A DNA stretch of 64,000 bases from Podarcis tiliguerta (GCA_965153285.1 OZ229114.1), one strand, 5' to 3'; shown: positions 1 through 13,607, numbered from the stretch's first letter. The notes: a model not told the origin generated them from the letters alone. Numbers and translations are program-made.

Positions 1-82
1 CCATATGGCCGCCAGAGCTGGCCAGTCGGAAGTTGTTCGATATTTAGTCCAGAATGGAGCTCAGGTAGAAGCTAAAGCCAAG
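1..82 (+). CDS. ANK3: ANK3 exon (5'-truncated by window edge), ankyrin repeat
   Basis: Frame from nt 2 reads HMAARAGQSEVVRYLVQNGAQVEAKAK, matching ankyrin-G repeats; donor AG|GTAAGC at 83. Confidence 0.96.
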
Positions 83-524
83 GTAAGCAGACTATTTCTC
101 TATTTGATGTGCATTGCAAGAGTCATGTGCTTGATTCTCCAAAGCAAGGCATAGTGTCACCATTAAGCAGAAGGTCAGCTTCAGTAGAATTAGTACAATA
201 CATGTTTACCCTAATTTACAACAGTGAGGTCTTGGTGTGGGCTACATGGGCCTGTTCTGGTTGGGGTGCCAGCCTTCAGAGCTCTGGGCAAAGCCTGAAG
301 AGGGCAAACCTGGAGCAGGAATGAACCAGCAGCCAAGTTAACAGTAGGAGGTCAAAGTTGGACTCTTCAACAACTGGGAGAACTCCCAGGGAAAGCAGAT
401 GTTGCTCTGACAACATCAGGAAGGTTGCCTCCAGGTTTGAGGGCCTCAGCAACGTGTCCTCTGATAGGTCTCCTCCTCTCCCGGTAGGCCCCAGCAGGCT
501 TACTTGGCAGTGGCACTCTTTATG

Positions 525-705
525 TATTATTTTATAATGTTTATTGTATGTATAGCCCATCTGTCTGCTAAAGAACTTAAGGTGGTGCATGCATCCCCTT
601 CCCCCATTTCAACATCGCAGCAACAGTGAGATTCATGACATAGAGGGGCTTTGAACCTTGGTCTCCCACATCCTGGTCCTAACACTCACAACACAGTGGC
701 TCTCT
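525..705 (-). mobile_element. Old MIR-like SINE (degraded)
   Basis: Reverse B box (TTTGAACCTTGGTCTCCC), CCCCATTT core, L2-like tail; a similar + strand copy lies near 51410-51560. Confidence 0.5.
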
Positions 706-1387
706 AGCATGGTGATCACCTTGGAACCTCTATTTTCATTTCTCACAATGCCCCGGGGTGTCTCTCCAGGTTCCAGGGCAGGCATCATAGCAGCGGTGGG
801 TGGGCCCTTCTGAGGTGCTGGAATCTTGGCAGTCTTCACATTCTGCTCCTCCTGGTTGGCCTTAGGATGGCCTGACTTGGGGACTGTAGCCATCCTGGAC
901 AGCTCTGCTGACCTGCATATCTATAGGCGCCTTCTGCCTTAGAATTAGTGCCTCTAAATACTGGATCATTTCCATATGTTCAACTGCCTTGTGTGCCTCA
1001 AATGAGGTCGGAAGGTGGAGTGTTAATAATGTGTGTCTTAATATTGAATGCATGCCTGCATACGTATATTTTGCAGGTTTCATAACACAGCCTTTTCCAA
1101 CCTTAGACTGTTCCAGTCCTAAATTCCATGGCCTATGGTCAGGGATAATGCACATTGTAGCCCAACAACCTCTAGAAGGCCACCAGTTGGGAAAGACTGG
1201 TCTAACATGTCCAAGAACTGTGTCGCGTTTGATATAATGTACATACCGCATTCCACGTAGGGTCTCTACAGGATACAAGCTGTCCGTACCGATATTGCCA
1301 CTGGTCATTATGAAAGTCGTTTACTAGTAATACGTATGTGCAGGTGTTGAACTCCCTGTATGTGGCTCCTTTTTCCTTTGTGTTTAG

Positions 1388-1585
1388 GATGACCAAACAC
1401 CGCTGCACATCTCTGCGCGACTGGGAAAAGCTGACATAGTGCAGCAGCTGCTACAGCAAGGAGCGTCTCCCAACGCCCCCACAACTTCAGGGTATACACC
1501 GTTGCACCTTTCAGCACGGGAAGGTCATGAAGATGTAGCATCAGTCCTTATGGATCACGGCGCATCCTTAAGCATAACTACCAAG
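1388..1585 (+). CDS. ANK3: ANK3 exon, two ankyrin repeats (198 nt)
   Basis: tttag|GAT...AAG|gtaagg; [66 protein letters not shown]; phase 0-0. Confidence 0.97.
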
Positions 1586-1790
1586 GTAAGGGAGCTTTAG
1601 GTGTCACCATGTAATAAAATTGGCTATTGTCGGACGTCGTGCCCGGTGCCATCTTCTCTTCTGCCCTTGCATAGAACCACAGCCCTGCAAATGTATCTGG
1701 CATAGATCAGCCGAGTGTGCAAATGCCCTGTCTGGGAGGGAAAAGGCCCTAAGGTAAAAGGGAATTGCTGATGGAATGCTTCTCTTACAG

Positions 1791-1889
1791 AAAGGATTTA
1801 CTCCTCTACATGTGGCAGCCAAGTACGGCAAAATTGAAGTAGCCAACCTCTTGCTTCAGAAGAATGCATCTCCAGATGCTGCTGGAAAG
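1791..1889 (+). CDS. ANK3: ANK3 exon, ankyrin repeat (99 nt)
   Basis: ttacag|AAA...AAG|gtgagg; [33 protein letters not shown]. Confidence 0.97.
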
Positions 1890-2795
1890 GTGAGGCAGGC
1901 AAGAGTCACTCCCTACTTCTGCAGAATATACCCAGTCCTGATCTTCCCATGGTTAGCCAATACTGACTATCAGTAGCAGGAACAGCAGCAGATATTTCTT
2001 GGATATTTGCAACTTTCCTATGCATCTCTGAGTTATTGTAGCATCAGTCTTGGATTCTCCCTGAGCCAGAGTGGTGGTTTCTGGATGGTTTCCTCTCCCC
2101 CCCCCCCCAAAAAAAAGAATCTACCCAGGCCACCATATTATATGGTGGCCTGGGTCCACTTTCTATTAGGGGTTACACCAGTGATTGTGCACAGAATATT
2201 TACAACATTTACATGGAATTAGAATTCTGCAACCCATTCGAGACAAGCTTTCATGGACTGCACAACTTCAGAATACATGCATTGGAGTGGGTTCAATTGC
2301 ATGGCTGAACACTTTCCCAGCTTAAAAATACTTCCTACACAGAGAAAACCATCAGATCAAAGAGGAGGCCAAACTATAGAAGCATTCTCTTTGATGGGCT
2401 AGTCTTAAAGATTTCAGAGCATTCAAATTTACACACGCACACACCCCAACCCCACTTCTGAAGTGATAAAGTCCATGAAGGGTTGTAACGTATAATGGAA
2501 TGGGTACTTTGATGCTCAAGAAGCATGGGAGTGTACTGTGAATATATATTTCTCATGCCTGGTATGTTTGGGAGGCCAGGCGTGCAGTGAAGAGGGAGAA
2601 TACCCACCTACAAATCACGTAGTTTGTGTCGTACTGTCTTCTTTGTTGTCATTTATCATTTCAAAACCTTAGTTTAGTTCCACAGTAGTCTCACCAAACC
2701 TAGATTAACCTAATTATCCAGTTTTCATTTTCTTTTTCTTTTTTAATGTATGGTGGTTTTCTAACAATGCCTGTTTGTTCTGCACGTATTTTTAG

Positions 2796-2894
2796 AGTGG
2801 TTTAACTCCACTGCATGTCGCGGCACATTACGATAATCAGAAAGTGGCACTGCTTCTCTTGGACCAGGGAGCCTCACCTCACGCCTCTGCAAAG
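2796..2894 (+). CDS. ANK3: ANK3 exon, ankyrin repeat (99 nt)
   Basis: tttag|AGT...AAG|gtaccc; [33 protein letters not shown]. Confidence 0.97.
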
Positions 2895-5800
2895 GTACCC
2901 GTGCTTGCTCTGTGGGATGAAGGACCAGATAGTTAGCTTTTATGCAGCCTTTCCACAGCATCCGTTCCACGTTCCTTCCTTTCGACAAATTGCCATGTAC
3001 CTTACTAACTCTGATCAGGAACAGTCTACAGAAGATGCAGAAGTTGCTAGGAAAATATTTAAATATTTGACAGTGGCATAAGGGACTTTGCTGAAAACAT
3101 TCTCCTCTGTTGGTCACAGCCATAATGAGAAGATCATATGGATGTTGCCTAAAATCCTCCATTAAGGAGAGGGAAGGATAGATATCCCCATTATGTATCT
3201 CCCTAACTTGGGATTGAAACTTGTAATCCTCTATTCAGTTCAGACATCAGCTCAAAATAGGGGGGGGAACCCTCCCATAAACTTCTAACCAATAATAATA
3301 ATGTCACAAACACAAACTAAATTCAAATCCTCTTTTTTCCGTGGCAGCTGTACAGAATGAGACTGCCACATCCACATCAGTACGAAAGCTTTGTGAAATA
3401 ACTGGGTTGTATTTCACTAACTTTTACTCGGTGTGGATCCAATGCAGTTAATCAACCTAGTTTAGTCAAGCTCATTAATTTCAGTGGGTCTGTTCTGTGT
3501 AAAATACGGTGGCGTGCAGCCCAACATGTCCTAGAGATTAGGCCTGATGAGCCTTCCTGAGAATGGCTTCGCACAGATATGGGTGCCATTGCTTGGTGTA
3601 TCAGGTGTCCCAGGGGACATCTTTATATCTTCATTGTACCTCAGCAAAGAGACCTTCATCTTCTCTGGTTAAAGCACAGATGAGGAATCTGTACCTTTCC
3701 AGATGTTTCAACAGTTCTCATCCACCCCTATTATTGACTATGCTGGCCAGACTTGACAGGAGTTAGAGACCAACATTTGGAAGACTACAAGTTTCCCTTG
3801 TTGGGTTAAAGGGACATTAATATATTAACCTAACTGGGAATCCCAGGAGTCTGGTGGTGATGGAGAGGAAGAGTACTTGAGGGAGTCTTAGCCCTGATCC
3901 TGAGCTGGAGATTATTTTATCTCACAATGTCAGGGAAGTCCTACTTTATTGTAGACACTGGTTTTCCCTGGATCATTCCTTCCTGCAAGGAGGAGAACAT
4001 GAGGGAAGTATGAAAAGAATGTGACAATACCCAAGACCCCAATTCCCGATCTTTTCTACTTCCTGCCATCCCGTTTCCTAGTTGAGGACAAAATGTCACC
4101 TGAACAGGCTGCTTTTCTGCATATATTTTATTTATCCTTAATCCTTTTGTCGGGAGAAAGGGAAGTTATGCTGATGAAAAATGAGGTAAGATCCTTGCAT
4201 GATTGTTGTCTTTTTCACCGGCATCTATGTGGCATCATAAATGTGTGTGGACTGCCTAGAAATTGAAAACAAACAAACAGTGCATACCATTTTAGAGCAA
4301 ACCAGGCAACATGCCGTGAAGGATTTCTGTGCATGGTATAGTTTGGGAGATCGGTACTTTTGTAAAAATCAGATCACTTAAAGTGATAATTGGAGTCAGG
4401 AAAGCGCCTACGTGACTGCCTCCCAGCATCTCTATTTTTCATATTTTTCTCATGCTCTCCAAAGTGTGTTTACTTGGAAGTGTTTGACTGGGCTTACTCC
4501 CCCTAATGGGCACAGGATTGTAGTCTTAGTCTGATCACAACCCAAGAAGAGGCAGCACCGTTTTGATTAAAGATGTGCCGTGTACTTTAGAAACCCCACT
4601 GAAATGTTTTGTTTGAGAATTCTCGTGACTCTCTAAGGCAGGTCAGACTGAAAAATGCTAGGGTGGTAGCAAAAGGCTTTTCTGAAAGGTGCTGGTTAAG
4701 CTTTGGTGAATCTGATGGGGAAGACTAGGGCTGCCTCCAAGCTGGGGGTGCGGACAAAGTGTCCTTAGCATGGTGCCCTCGCATGTCTTTACTAGGCACA
4801 AAATCAGGTAAGTGCTACAAAGAACAGGGAGCTGCAAGGGAGGAAGCTTTAATTCCCAGTGTAGTGTTGCTCAGTCTGGGGCACTGGGGAATTGTTAAGA
4901 TGATGGCTCATTCAGCCGCTCACTGCAGCAGCCTCACAGTCCCTGCAGCAATGAGTGGGTGGCAAAGGAGACAAATTATGAAAATGGTCCACTCACCCAA
5001 GTGCACTGAACTGGCTGGCTGGGCCCCTTGCAGAATTTTATTTTTCCTTGCTGCTCAGCAGCAAGAAGTCAACTGGGCAGCTGCAATGAAGGAGGGTGGG
5101 AGAGAACTTTCGCTTTAATCCCTCCCTAATTACTCTTCAGAGCAAGGCTGCATCAGGGACATTGGGGAGGGATTAAAAATAAAAATGACAGCTCGCTCCT
5201 TTGCCACAGCTGCTCTTGGTGTTGGATGGGAAGGGGCTTTGCTTGTGTTTTTTAAAAGGGCACAACCAGTCCAGTACACGGGCAATGGTGATGGGACTTG
5301 CTGGGGTCTCAGTCCCCTGGCGTTTGCCTGGAGATGCCATGTGCTGACATCGGACCTAGGAAAGACAATTGTGATCAGTACTCAAGCAGTCTTGCAGGTT
5401 CATAGGCTCCAGAGCCATGATTTCTAAACATGTGGACCTAGCAAGCCAGCCTTAGAACCTGATAGTGCAGAAAGGCTGGATGGTGCTGTGGTTAGGAATG
5501 TTGAACTGGGGCCTATATCCATATCCCCACCTAAGTATGAAGCTCGTGCCAGGCCATAGGGGTCTTTCTACACCAGGGATGGGAAACCTGTGTCCCTCTC
5601 CCCATGTGTCTTTGGATTTCTGACTGCCGTTAGCCAGTCTGGCCAATAACCAGGGATGATGAGAGTTGGGAGTCCAACATGGGTCAAAGGTTTCCCACTT
5701 TGCTCTACAGAGATGCATTCATTTACAATGCATGTGTTTAGGGGGTTTTGACCCTCCCGGACAAATGGAGGCAAGGCTGCTTTGTAAAGTGATGAGTTGC

Positions 5801-8058
5801 AGGGTAATGCAAAAATGAGTGATTAAGAATGTAGGGTAAAACAGTAATCAAACTGTACTCATTTGCCCATCAGATTTAAAACAAAATAGGCTGGGTATAT
5901 AAATTCTTCCATCTCTGGAACAGAGCTATCCACTTTCCATTTTAAGACGACGAAAAATTGCATTAAAAAAACAAAACCCCTTTGGACTGCCTTCCAGTGG
6001 ATGATTAAATGCATAGATGTCAGATCCTCTTGCATGAGCAGAGACGAAAGAGATCATGGAGGGAAATCATAGTATAAGCTGTGGGTCAGTTATTATGCAC
6101 TGGAAAGGCAAGGCAAGTCAAATTCATGCAGAAAGCCCGAAGCATCAGCGGGGCCTCGTTGTATGGGAAATACGCCTTTGCCGTGCCTTGGGAAATAAAT
6201 TGGGCTGGCTTCCAAATCTTTAGCATTGCGGTGCAATGATATGAAATAAGCACACTCTTTATATAGGGGACAGGATGCTGACCTAGTTTGATGCTGAAAG
6301 CAGCTAAGCAGAGGAAGAAGAGAGTGCCTCCTTCCCTAGGAGCAGGAGCTGCCCTTGCTGCCAGTGCCAGTGGCTCTCTGAAACCCAGAATGATAACATT
6401 ACAGGCTTGAAAGAGAACCAGAAATTATAGATGGGGTCACCGGAGTCACTCGTCTCTTACCAAATGGGTTAGCAGCTGCCACTTTGGCGTTTCGGTGCCT
6501 GCCAAGAGGCTTCCTGGAACAAGACATGTTTCGACACGTGAGCCATAGAAGTGAGCACCATCACTTTTGGGATTAATAATTGCCTCCCTGCTCCCCCACT
6601 GCCTTAGGCTGCATGTTGTGCAGTCAGATGAGAAATTACATGGGGATGGCAGATGACTTCCTATTAGACATTTAAGTCTGATAAGAAAATGTGCAATCGC
6701 TGTCATTGAAATAGACTACCTCAACAGGGCTTTGCGCTCTTTGTCACTCTCGCTGGTTTGCCTCTCTCTTTCTCCTCTTTAACCATTTCTTCTCGCTTGA
6801 TCCATTAGAACAACATTGCTGAAATGCCATTCAGGCAGCCATCAACCTAATAGCCACATGAGTCGCATGCCAGTCTTTTCATCTACCCGAGAGCCGCAAA
6901 ACACACGCCAGTCTTATGCTTACACCACATCGTAATGCATTTGTTTACTTAGAAGGTGCTAGACGATGCCATGTTGCTATGAAATGCCCATCAGCTTACC
7001 TTGGGTGCCTTTCCTTTCAAACTGTCCCTTATTACTCATACATATACCTTACTCTCTTGTTTTTCCTCTTCTTACCTCAACAACCTGTTTCAGAAGCAAA
7101 ACTTCAAACTAGAAATAGTTTCTGATATTGTTTTCCTGTTGATTAAATTAAGGTTTTCTTGTAGTGTGTTTGTGTACACTTGTGAATGTAGTCAAATAAG
7201 CTGCAGGGTAGAACTGCTTTAAACAATTTGAAAAACAAACAGAAAGTGAAGACTTCTGTGGACTTCTGGAAGGCCTGTACTATACGCCATCCTCACAAAT
7301 CATTCTTTCCCTTACAAGCAACTATAAGCCTGCCCTCAAGCTTGGACATGGGTTCACATCTATCCACTCTCTGACAGACTCCGGCCTTCAGGGACATAAT
7401 CTAGACAGCATGAGACCCTAACTCTCCATCTCACTGCACCAGTTGAGCAGCATGAGGAAGTGCGGCTTTCCATTATGTTGCTGAGGTGGTCTTGGAGTAG
7501 CGGCCCCCCACTAACCTTCTCAAGGGTTGTGTTTCGGTCTCTCCTAATATTGCCAGTAGTCTGTACCTTCTAGTCCACATATTTGGGCCTCGTTGATCAT
7601 ACTAGGCCAACTCTTCTGCCTCCATGTAGTTGTGGGATCAGGTTCCTACCTTCAGATTTCATTTTGCAAGGGCAGCTTGGTAGGAAAGAGATGAGAACAA
7701 ACCCTTGAGGATTCCTCATTACCTGAGCTGACTGGAATAATAAGAAAAACAGTAAATAGCTGTTTTATGGGATTCTGCAAGTGATATGTTACCATATCAA
7801 TGAAATAAATATTATTTAATGTTTCTTTTACATGAGAGGATTTTTATTTTATTTTTTAAAAAAAGAAAACCTTTTATCCTGGTCTCTGTGAGCATATTAT
7901 GCAAGAAATCCTAAAGGTTGGTCATATGAAACAGAGGTGTTTTTTATATAAAAAAATTCAAAATTCAAGCAGTCATGAGACTTGAGGGAAAGTTAGTATT
8001 CCTGGTATTTTATGAATGAGCTGATGACCCAAATATTTTGGTTTTTTTGCACTGGCAG

Positions 8059-8256
8059 AATGGTTACACACCACTTCACATAGCTTCCAAGAAGAACCAG
8101 ATGGATATAGCAACCACGTTACTGGAATATGGTGCCGATGCGAATGCTGTGACCAGGCAGGGCATTGCTCCTGTGCACCTTGCCTCCCAGGAGGGCCATG
8201 TGGACATGGTGTCGTTGCTTCTCACCAGAAATGCTAATGTGAACCTTAGCAACAAG
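8059..8256 (+). CDS. ANK3: ANK3 exon, two ankyrin repeats (198 nt)
   Basis: ggcag|AAT...AAG|gtatgc; [66 protein letters not shown]. Confidence 0.97.
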
Positions 8257-8279
8257 GTATGCTTTCTTCTTTGTGTGCT

Positions 8280-8406
8280 CTAGTTTCCCAGCCTTGGGTC
8301 TCCAGCTCTTTTTGGACTTACGATTCCCATCAGCCCTTGCTAGCAGGACCAGTGGTCAGGGATGATGGGAATTGTAGTCTAAAAGCAGCTGGTTGGGGAA
8401 ACACTG
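8280..8406. mobile_element. hAT palindromic MITE (same group as 13208 and 49154)
   Basis: CCAGCT.TTTTGGACT..GATTCCCATCA...GATGATGGGAATTGTAGTC..AAAAGCAGCTGG fold-back; more degraded relatives near 1089, 3695, 5620, 16495 and 39230. Confidence 0.8.
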
Positions 8407-9782
8407 CTGGGTGGGGGGAAATGCAGGAGATGTTGCCAGACGCCCAAGTTCCCATTGGTCCCAGCCAGCAGAGCCAATGGTTATTATTGGTGATGAGATC
8501 TCCAATCCGGTAACATCTGGGAAGGACATGGATGACCTACAAATATGGAGTGTATGTGACAGGAAACCTCTATTAAATATGATTGTGTGGGGCAAATGGC
8601 AACTCACTACTCCTTAGGCAGCTCTATATACAACCTTTATAGGTGCCTCCTCTTCAAAGAAATCAGGAAGCAATACAGGAACCCTTGGCACAGAGCTTTC
8701 CCCTATTCTGCCACCGCTACTGTGGATTCACTTGGTTTCTGATTGTGATGCAAGTCCAGAAAATGAAGCCCAAAAGTGCAGTTGGCTTATTTCATTTGCA
8801 CAAGAAGAGAATTATCTGCAAATTGTCCCCACTTTGTTCCCTTGCTTACTTGCCTGTCCATGCAAGCACTGGCTTTGACTTCCTGGTGGCTTGTAAGCAG
8901 TATGAGCAAGTGCTGTCTCTGCTGCAGTGTGTTTTAAAGCATTCTGTTTGTGCACCTGCAGAACAGTGCTCAGTTCAACCACCCAGGCAGCGCACTGAAT
9001 AGAGAAATCATTTTGAAAATGCTCAGCCAGACCCTGAATGACTTTGAAAATCTATTTGTGTTTCTTCTCTCTGCACTTCTCCCAGTGGTGTTTTAAATAC
9101 ATGGTGTGAATCTAACCTCAATTTTCCTGTTGTCTATCCAGAAGACATTGTCTATTGGGCAGTATGCATTCTGACAACTTTTGAAGAGGGGAAACCCCTT
9201 TTGCTAGGGTTTGTGATTGGAGAGGGATGATGTTGTATAGTACCACCCAAAAAAGAAGTATATTACTGTGTTTGGCATCGATACTATCTCAAGTATTTAT
9301 TTATTGGCAATATTTATGTATTCATTTATACAGTACTTAGTGCAAAAACAGACTTTTACAAACTTTGAACTATAACCATCCATAATTAAAATGTACAATA
9401 AAACAATCCAATTAAAACTTTTTTAAAAAACCATCCATAATTCAATTATGCAATAAAATAGCACGGCATCTAAAACAGGAAGCTCAGGTTGAGTGATCAA
9501 AGGAATGCCTGTGTAAACAGGTGCAACTTCAAAAGCCAGCATAATGTATATTGCCCAGTCAACAATACCCACTTAAATACTTAACAATAAAAGCTGAAAA
9601 CCATAAAAAAAAATCTACAAGAGCTCTGAAAATTTAACAGATCAAGGTCAATCACAGTACAAAACTGAATGAATAAAACGAGCAACAGCAAAACTTAAAT
9701 TGGCACAGGAGGGCTAAAAACACTGGCGATCTTAAAATTATCTCAGAATGCCTGGGAAAGTGAAAATTTATTCACCTGGCAC

Positions 9783-11615
9783 GTCTTTCTGGCTACCGTT
9801 CAGTGGGCACGGGGACGCCCGGCAGGGTTCTTATTTGTTTTTTTCATTTTATTTCCCGTGGTTTTTGGTGCTCTGCGGAAATGCAGGAACCATTAAAGGG
9901 CTGGGGCTCTTGCCAAGTGATCTAGGCGAGACAGGTACAGGAGCTATGAGAGAACAAAACGTTGGCAACGCAAGTAGACAGAAGGGAGTCAGCCCATATT
10001 CAGCTTCTACATATCTAGCTGGCCCTACCTACCTACCCCAACTTCCCCTGAACCTTCTACTGGGGTTTCTCTCCTTCTTCCAGCCACCTCCCACTAGTAA
10101 CTGCCTCTTCCCCCTCAGCCACCCTGTCCATTTGTGACATCACAGGAAGTTTGTAGCCCACGGCAACTGCTTAGGGACGCATCTGCACAGCCTCCCATCC
10201 TGGTACTGGAAAGGGGAATGTCATGAACGTTGCTTAGATGTATTTAGAAATACCTTGATTTAGAAGTAGAAGATGGCTTGCTTAAGCTCTGCTGTCTCCT
10301 TCATTGCTGCTTTCGGGGAAAGCCTCATCAGCTTGTGACATCCATGAAAGGCAAACACAGATACGGTGAAGGGAATGGCCCTCATTCAACAGTTATCATC
10401 CAGCCACCTCCACTGGCCAGCCTGCCAACCTCTGCTGGCTTCCACCCATGATCCAGTGGTTCATTCGCCCAGAGCCTGGAGGGCAGCCTACACTGCTATC
10501 TGAACATGCAATTCCCAGGCATACCATGTCTGGTGGGTGACTTATGTCCACACTCACCATTCATACTTACCCCAGCATCAACCCACAAATATCCACACAG
10601 CTTTTGTCAATGGCCTTCTGAAGGTGAATTTCAACCAGCTTATGTGCACAAACTTCAGCCTCCTTCAGCCCTGCGGCATCCTGGGCTTCCACATGCTAAC
10701 CACAGCTTCTGCCAGGTCCATCACCAGCTTCCAACCATGGATATCTGCCGCTTTCAAGCTGCGGTCCTGCTCAGCAGGTACACTTGCCTTCTCATTGCTC
10801 CACAGCATCTCATTGATGAATGATGGCCTCCTTCCATTTGCCGCTTCGCCTCCATGCGGAAGGAGACTACCAAGTACTGAATAACACAGCTGTTGTCCAC
10901 CATGTCCTCTTCAAACTTTTGCCTTGGGCTTTCCCCCTGGGCTGCTTTTGTATATACACTGAGCTTCCATGTGCTTATGTGACATCACAGGATGTCCACA
11001 GCCAATAACAGCAGCTGGAGAGGCATCATCATCATCACCTCCTCAGGCCTCACAATGGTGGTTGCAGCTCAGCAGCCATTTCCCTTTTGCTGTGTACAGC
11101 TCACTCCTTATCTGTAATGACACCAGAGAAAGGCCTGCCTTTCCCATTTTGATTCTCTGGCACCCTATCTACATAACCTAGCAATCCCAAAATATAGATG
11201 TGCTTTTACTCTCGCAAGGTTGAATGTACTGCCCTCGGCTGTACTTGAGGGACGATTCCAACAGATTCCACACGAAAAACGCTTATGTCCCTGTGAAGAT
11301 GGCAGCACCGAATCAGTTTTCTGGCTTGCACTCTTTATAAAGACTTGAGGAATGAGCTTATCATCCCTCTTTTATTGCCCATACCTCGTTGCCCAGCCAC
11401 TGCCACAGTGTCCTTTCTCTTGGCAGATCAAGATGAGCAGGTGACAGCAAAGGTTGCAGGGTTTTTAGCTGGGGCAATCAGAATAAGATCCACTATTTGA
11501 CTGTGTTTTATGTAATCTGTGTTTTATATAATCAACTTTTTATTTCTGTTCCATGTATATTGCAATGTTCTTTTGTTGCTATGGCCTATGGCTGACGCAA
11601 ATAAAGTTTGGTTTC
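9783..11615 (+). mobile_element. 1.83-kb retroposed non-LTR element with RTE-X-like 3' end
   Basis: 13-bp TSD ATTCACCTGGCAC (9770-9782, 11616-11628). 11160-11500 encodes APYLHNLAIPKYRCAFTLARLNVLPSAVLEGRFQQIPHEKRLCPCEDG, then after a frameshift LACTLYKDLRNELIIPLL and FLLADQDEQVTAKVAGFLAGAIRIR, an ORF2 C-terminus; AATAAA near the 3' end. Confidence 0.8.
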
Positions 11616-12953
11616 ATTCACCTGGCACTGAAAAGGCCATATGTGTACTTATTGGGGAGGAGGTACGAACAGGAACAGCGTCAGAGCTTGCTAGACCTGC
11701 ATTGTCTTTCTTCACTACCTATTCATGCAATGCTTCAGCCTTAATGTGCTCCCTGTTCCATTATTATTCCAACTAGGTAGCATTCTTGGTCAGATTCTTG
11801 GAGCGTTTCCACACAGAAGTTTGTCATGTGCTCATATATTGCTAACTACACACTGAGGTTTTCCACTGCATCCATCCTCATACAAACACCTTTCCCATAT
11901 TATTTTCTTATTTAATCTGGATTTATGATTTCCATGAAAAATCCAGTGAGTTTAAAAAAAGTGTGCAGAAAAGGTAAATCCAAATTAAATTTGGGGGGGA
12001 TTGTGCAGTTTCAATGCCAACAGTGTGCAAAATGAGCAGCAGCAAGTTCACAATGAAACTGCCTTGTGGAGATTGCCTGCTATTTGATAAAGCTACTGAG
12101 TATAATACGTTGCCATGAATATTCATCAAGTTTTGGTGGCCTGTGTGTTTATTTCACATTTGTTGGAAAGTTTGCCCTGACTTAATTAAAAGCAAAGAGG
12201 AAAGGGTGGGTGTTGTGACACAACTTTTGAACTATCAGGCTGTGTGCATGTATTATGTTTCTATAGATGTTTGTATATGTGTTTGCGTAAAAAGCTTAGG
12301 TTGAGCACATTTCAAATCAACATATCAAAACTCGGGGAAGGGAAGGCCTCGCTTTCGCCTGAACAAAATTGGGATGTTTTAATTTCTAACCAGCTTGAAT
12401 TGGCAGCAAGTCTAATTCAGAAAACCATGTTAAGGTGTGAGCTGCCTGGACGCTGTTCAGTTTAACAGCAGGGACTTGGGCCTATGAGAAAAGAGCTTTG
12501 TCAACAAATTTACTGCTTAAGTCCACATCTTAAATCATCTGTCACTTTCTGCTCTGTCATATACACTTTCAGCAAAGCTCAGCAAGTCCACAGTGGGGTA
12601 GCAAAGAGACACAAAGTACCAGATCTTAAAAGTGACCAACACTGCTGAGTTGATGAGGGAACAAATCTAATCTTTGAACATTCAAAAAGCACTTTCCTAT
12701 ATGCTAGGTTGTGGCTAGCTGCAAGACTCTGGACATAAATTGCAATGCTCTTGACTAGCCTCCTACATAACAGGTTAAATGGTGAGAAGAAATAAACTAT
12801 GAGGTTTTTAACGATGGACTAGCAGTGTGTTATAGTGCATTTTATTCCAATGGTACGCAAAAATAACATTCCTTTTATGAAATAACGGTGACTGGTACAC
12901 TGATGCGAGTCTGCTCATTTGTTACCGTAACCTATAATGGGGCATGTTTAATA

Positions 12954-13168
12954 CAGTGGAACCTCAGTTTTCGAATGTAATCCATTCCGGAAGACTGTTT
13001 GAGTTCTGAAATGTTCAAAAACTAAAAACTCAATACAATAGGGAAACTCAAAACGGAAGCCGCACAGCATGTTTGACTTCCGAAAAGTGTTTGAAAACCA
13101 AAGCAGTTACTTCCGGGTTTTCGGCGTTCGAGTTCTGAGACGTTTGAAAACCAAGGTTCCATCTACTG
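12954..13168. mobile_element. Tc1/mariner (Tigger/pogo-like) MITE
   Basis: TA-CAGTGGAACCT...GGTTCCA...CTG-TA; TA target duplication. Confidence 0.8.
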
Positions 13169-13207
13169 TAAAATGTTGGCATATCACAGGGACATTTTCT
13201 GCTAAGC

Positions 13208-13343
13208 CAGGCATCCCCAAACTCGGGCCTCCAGATGTTTTGGAACTACAATTCCCATCATCCATGACCACTGGCCCTGTTGGCTAGGGATGATGGGAGC
13301 TGCAGTCCCAAAAAATCTGGAGGGCCGAGTTTGGGGATGCCTG
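13208..13343. mobile_element. hAT-family palindromic MITE
   Basis: TIRs CAGGCATCCCCAAACTCGG / CCGAGTTTGGGGATGCCTG; perfect 8-bp TSD TGCTAAGC (13200, 13344). Confidence 0.93.
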
Positions 13344-13392
13344 TGCTAAGCACAGGGAGAGACCAAAAGTCTTGTTGCACATCAGAATTTGA

Positions 13393-13459
13393 TTGCAGGT
13401 GGTTGGACTAGATGATCCTCGTGGTCCCTTCCAACTCTGCAGTCCTATGATTCTGTGAT
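13393..13459 (+). mobile_element. CR1 3' terminus
   Basis: GGTTGGACTAGATGATCCTCGTGGTCCCTTCCAACTCT plus ATTCTRTG-type tail. Confidence 0.85.
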
Positions 13460-13508
13460 GCCAAGTGTCCCTTCTGTAAGAAACTAATTTGCTGTGTCTG
13501 ATTTACAG

Positions 13509-13607
13509 AGTGGCCTCACTCCACTCCACCTGGCTGCACAAGAAGACCGAGTCAACGTGGCCGAGGTCCTCGTTAACCAAGGTGCTGTCGTGGATGCACC
13601 CACCAAG
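13509..13607 (+). CDS. ANK3: ANK3 exon, ankyrin repeat (99 nt)
   Basis: ttacag|AGT...AAG|gtaagc; [33 protein letters not shown]; branch-point-like AACTAAT at 13481. Confidence 0.97.

Noticed and set aside
6708-6725. let-7-like sequence on the minus strand (TGAGGTAGT)
   Set aside because: Only a 9-nt match with no precursor hairpin; expected by chance.
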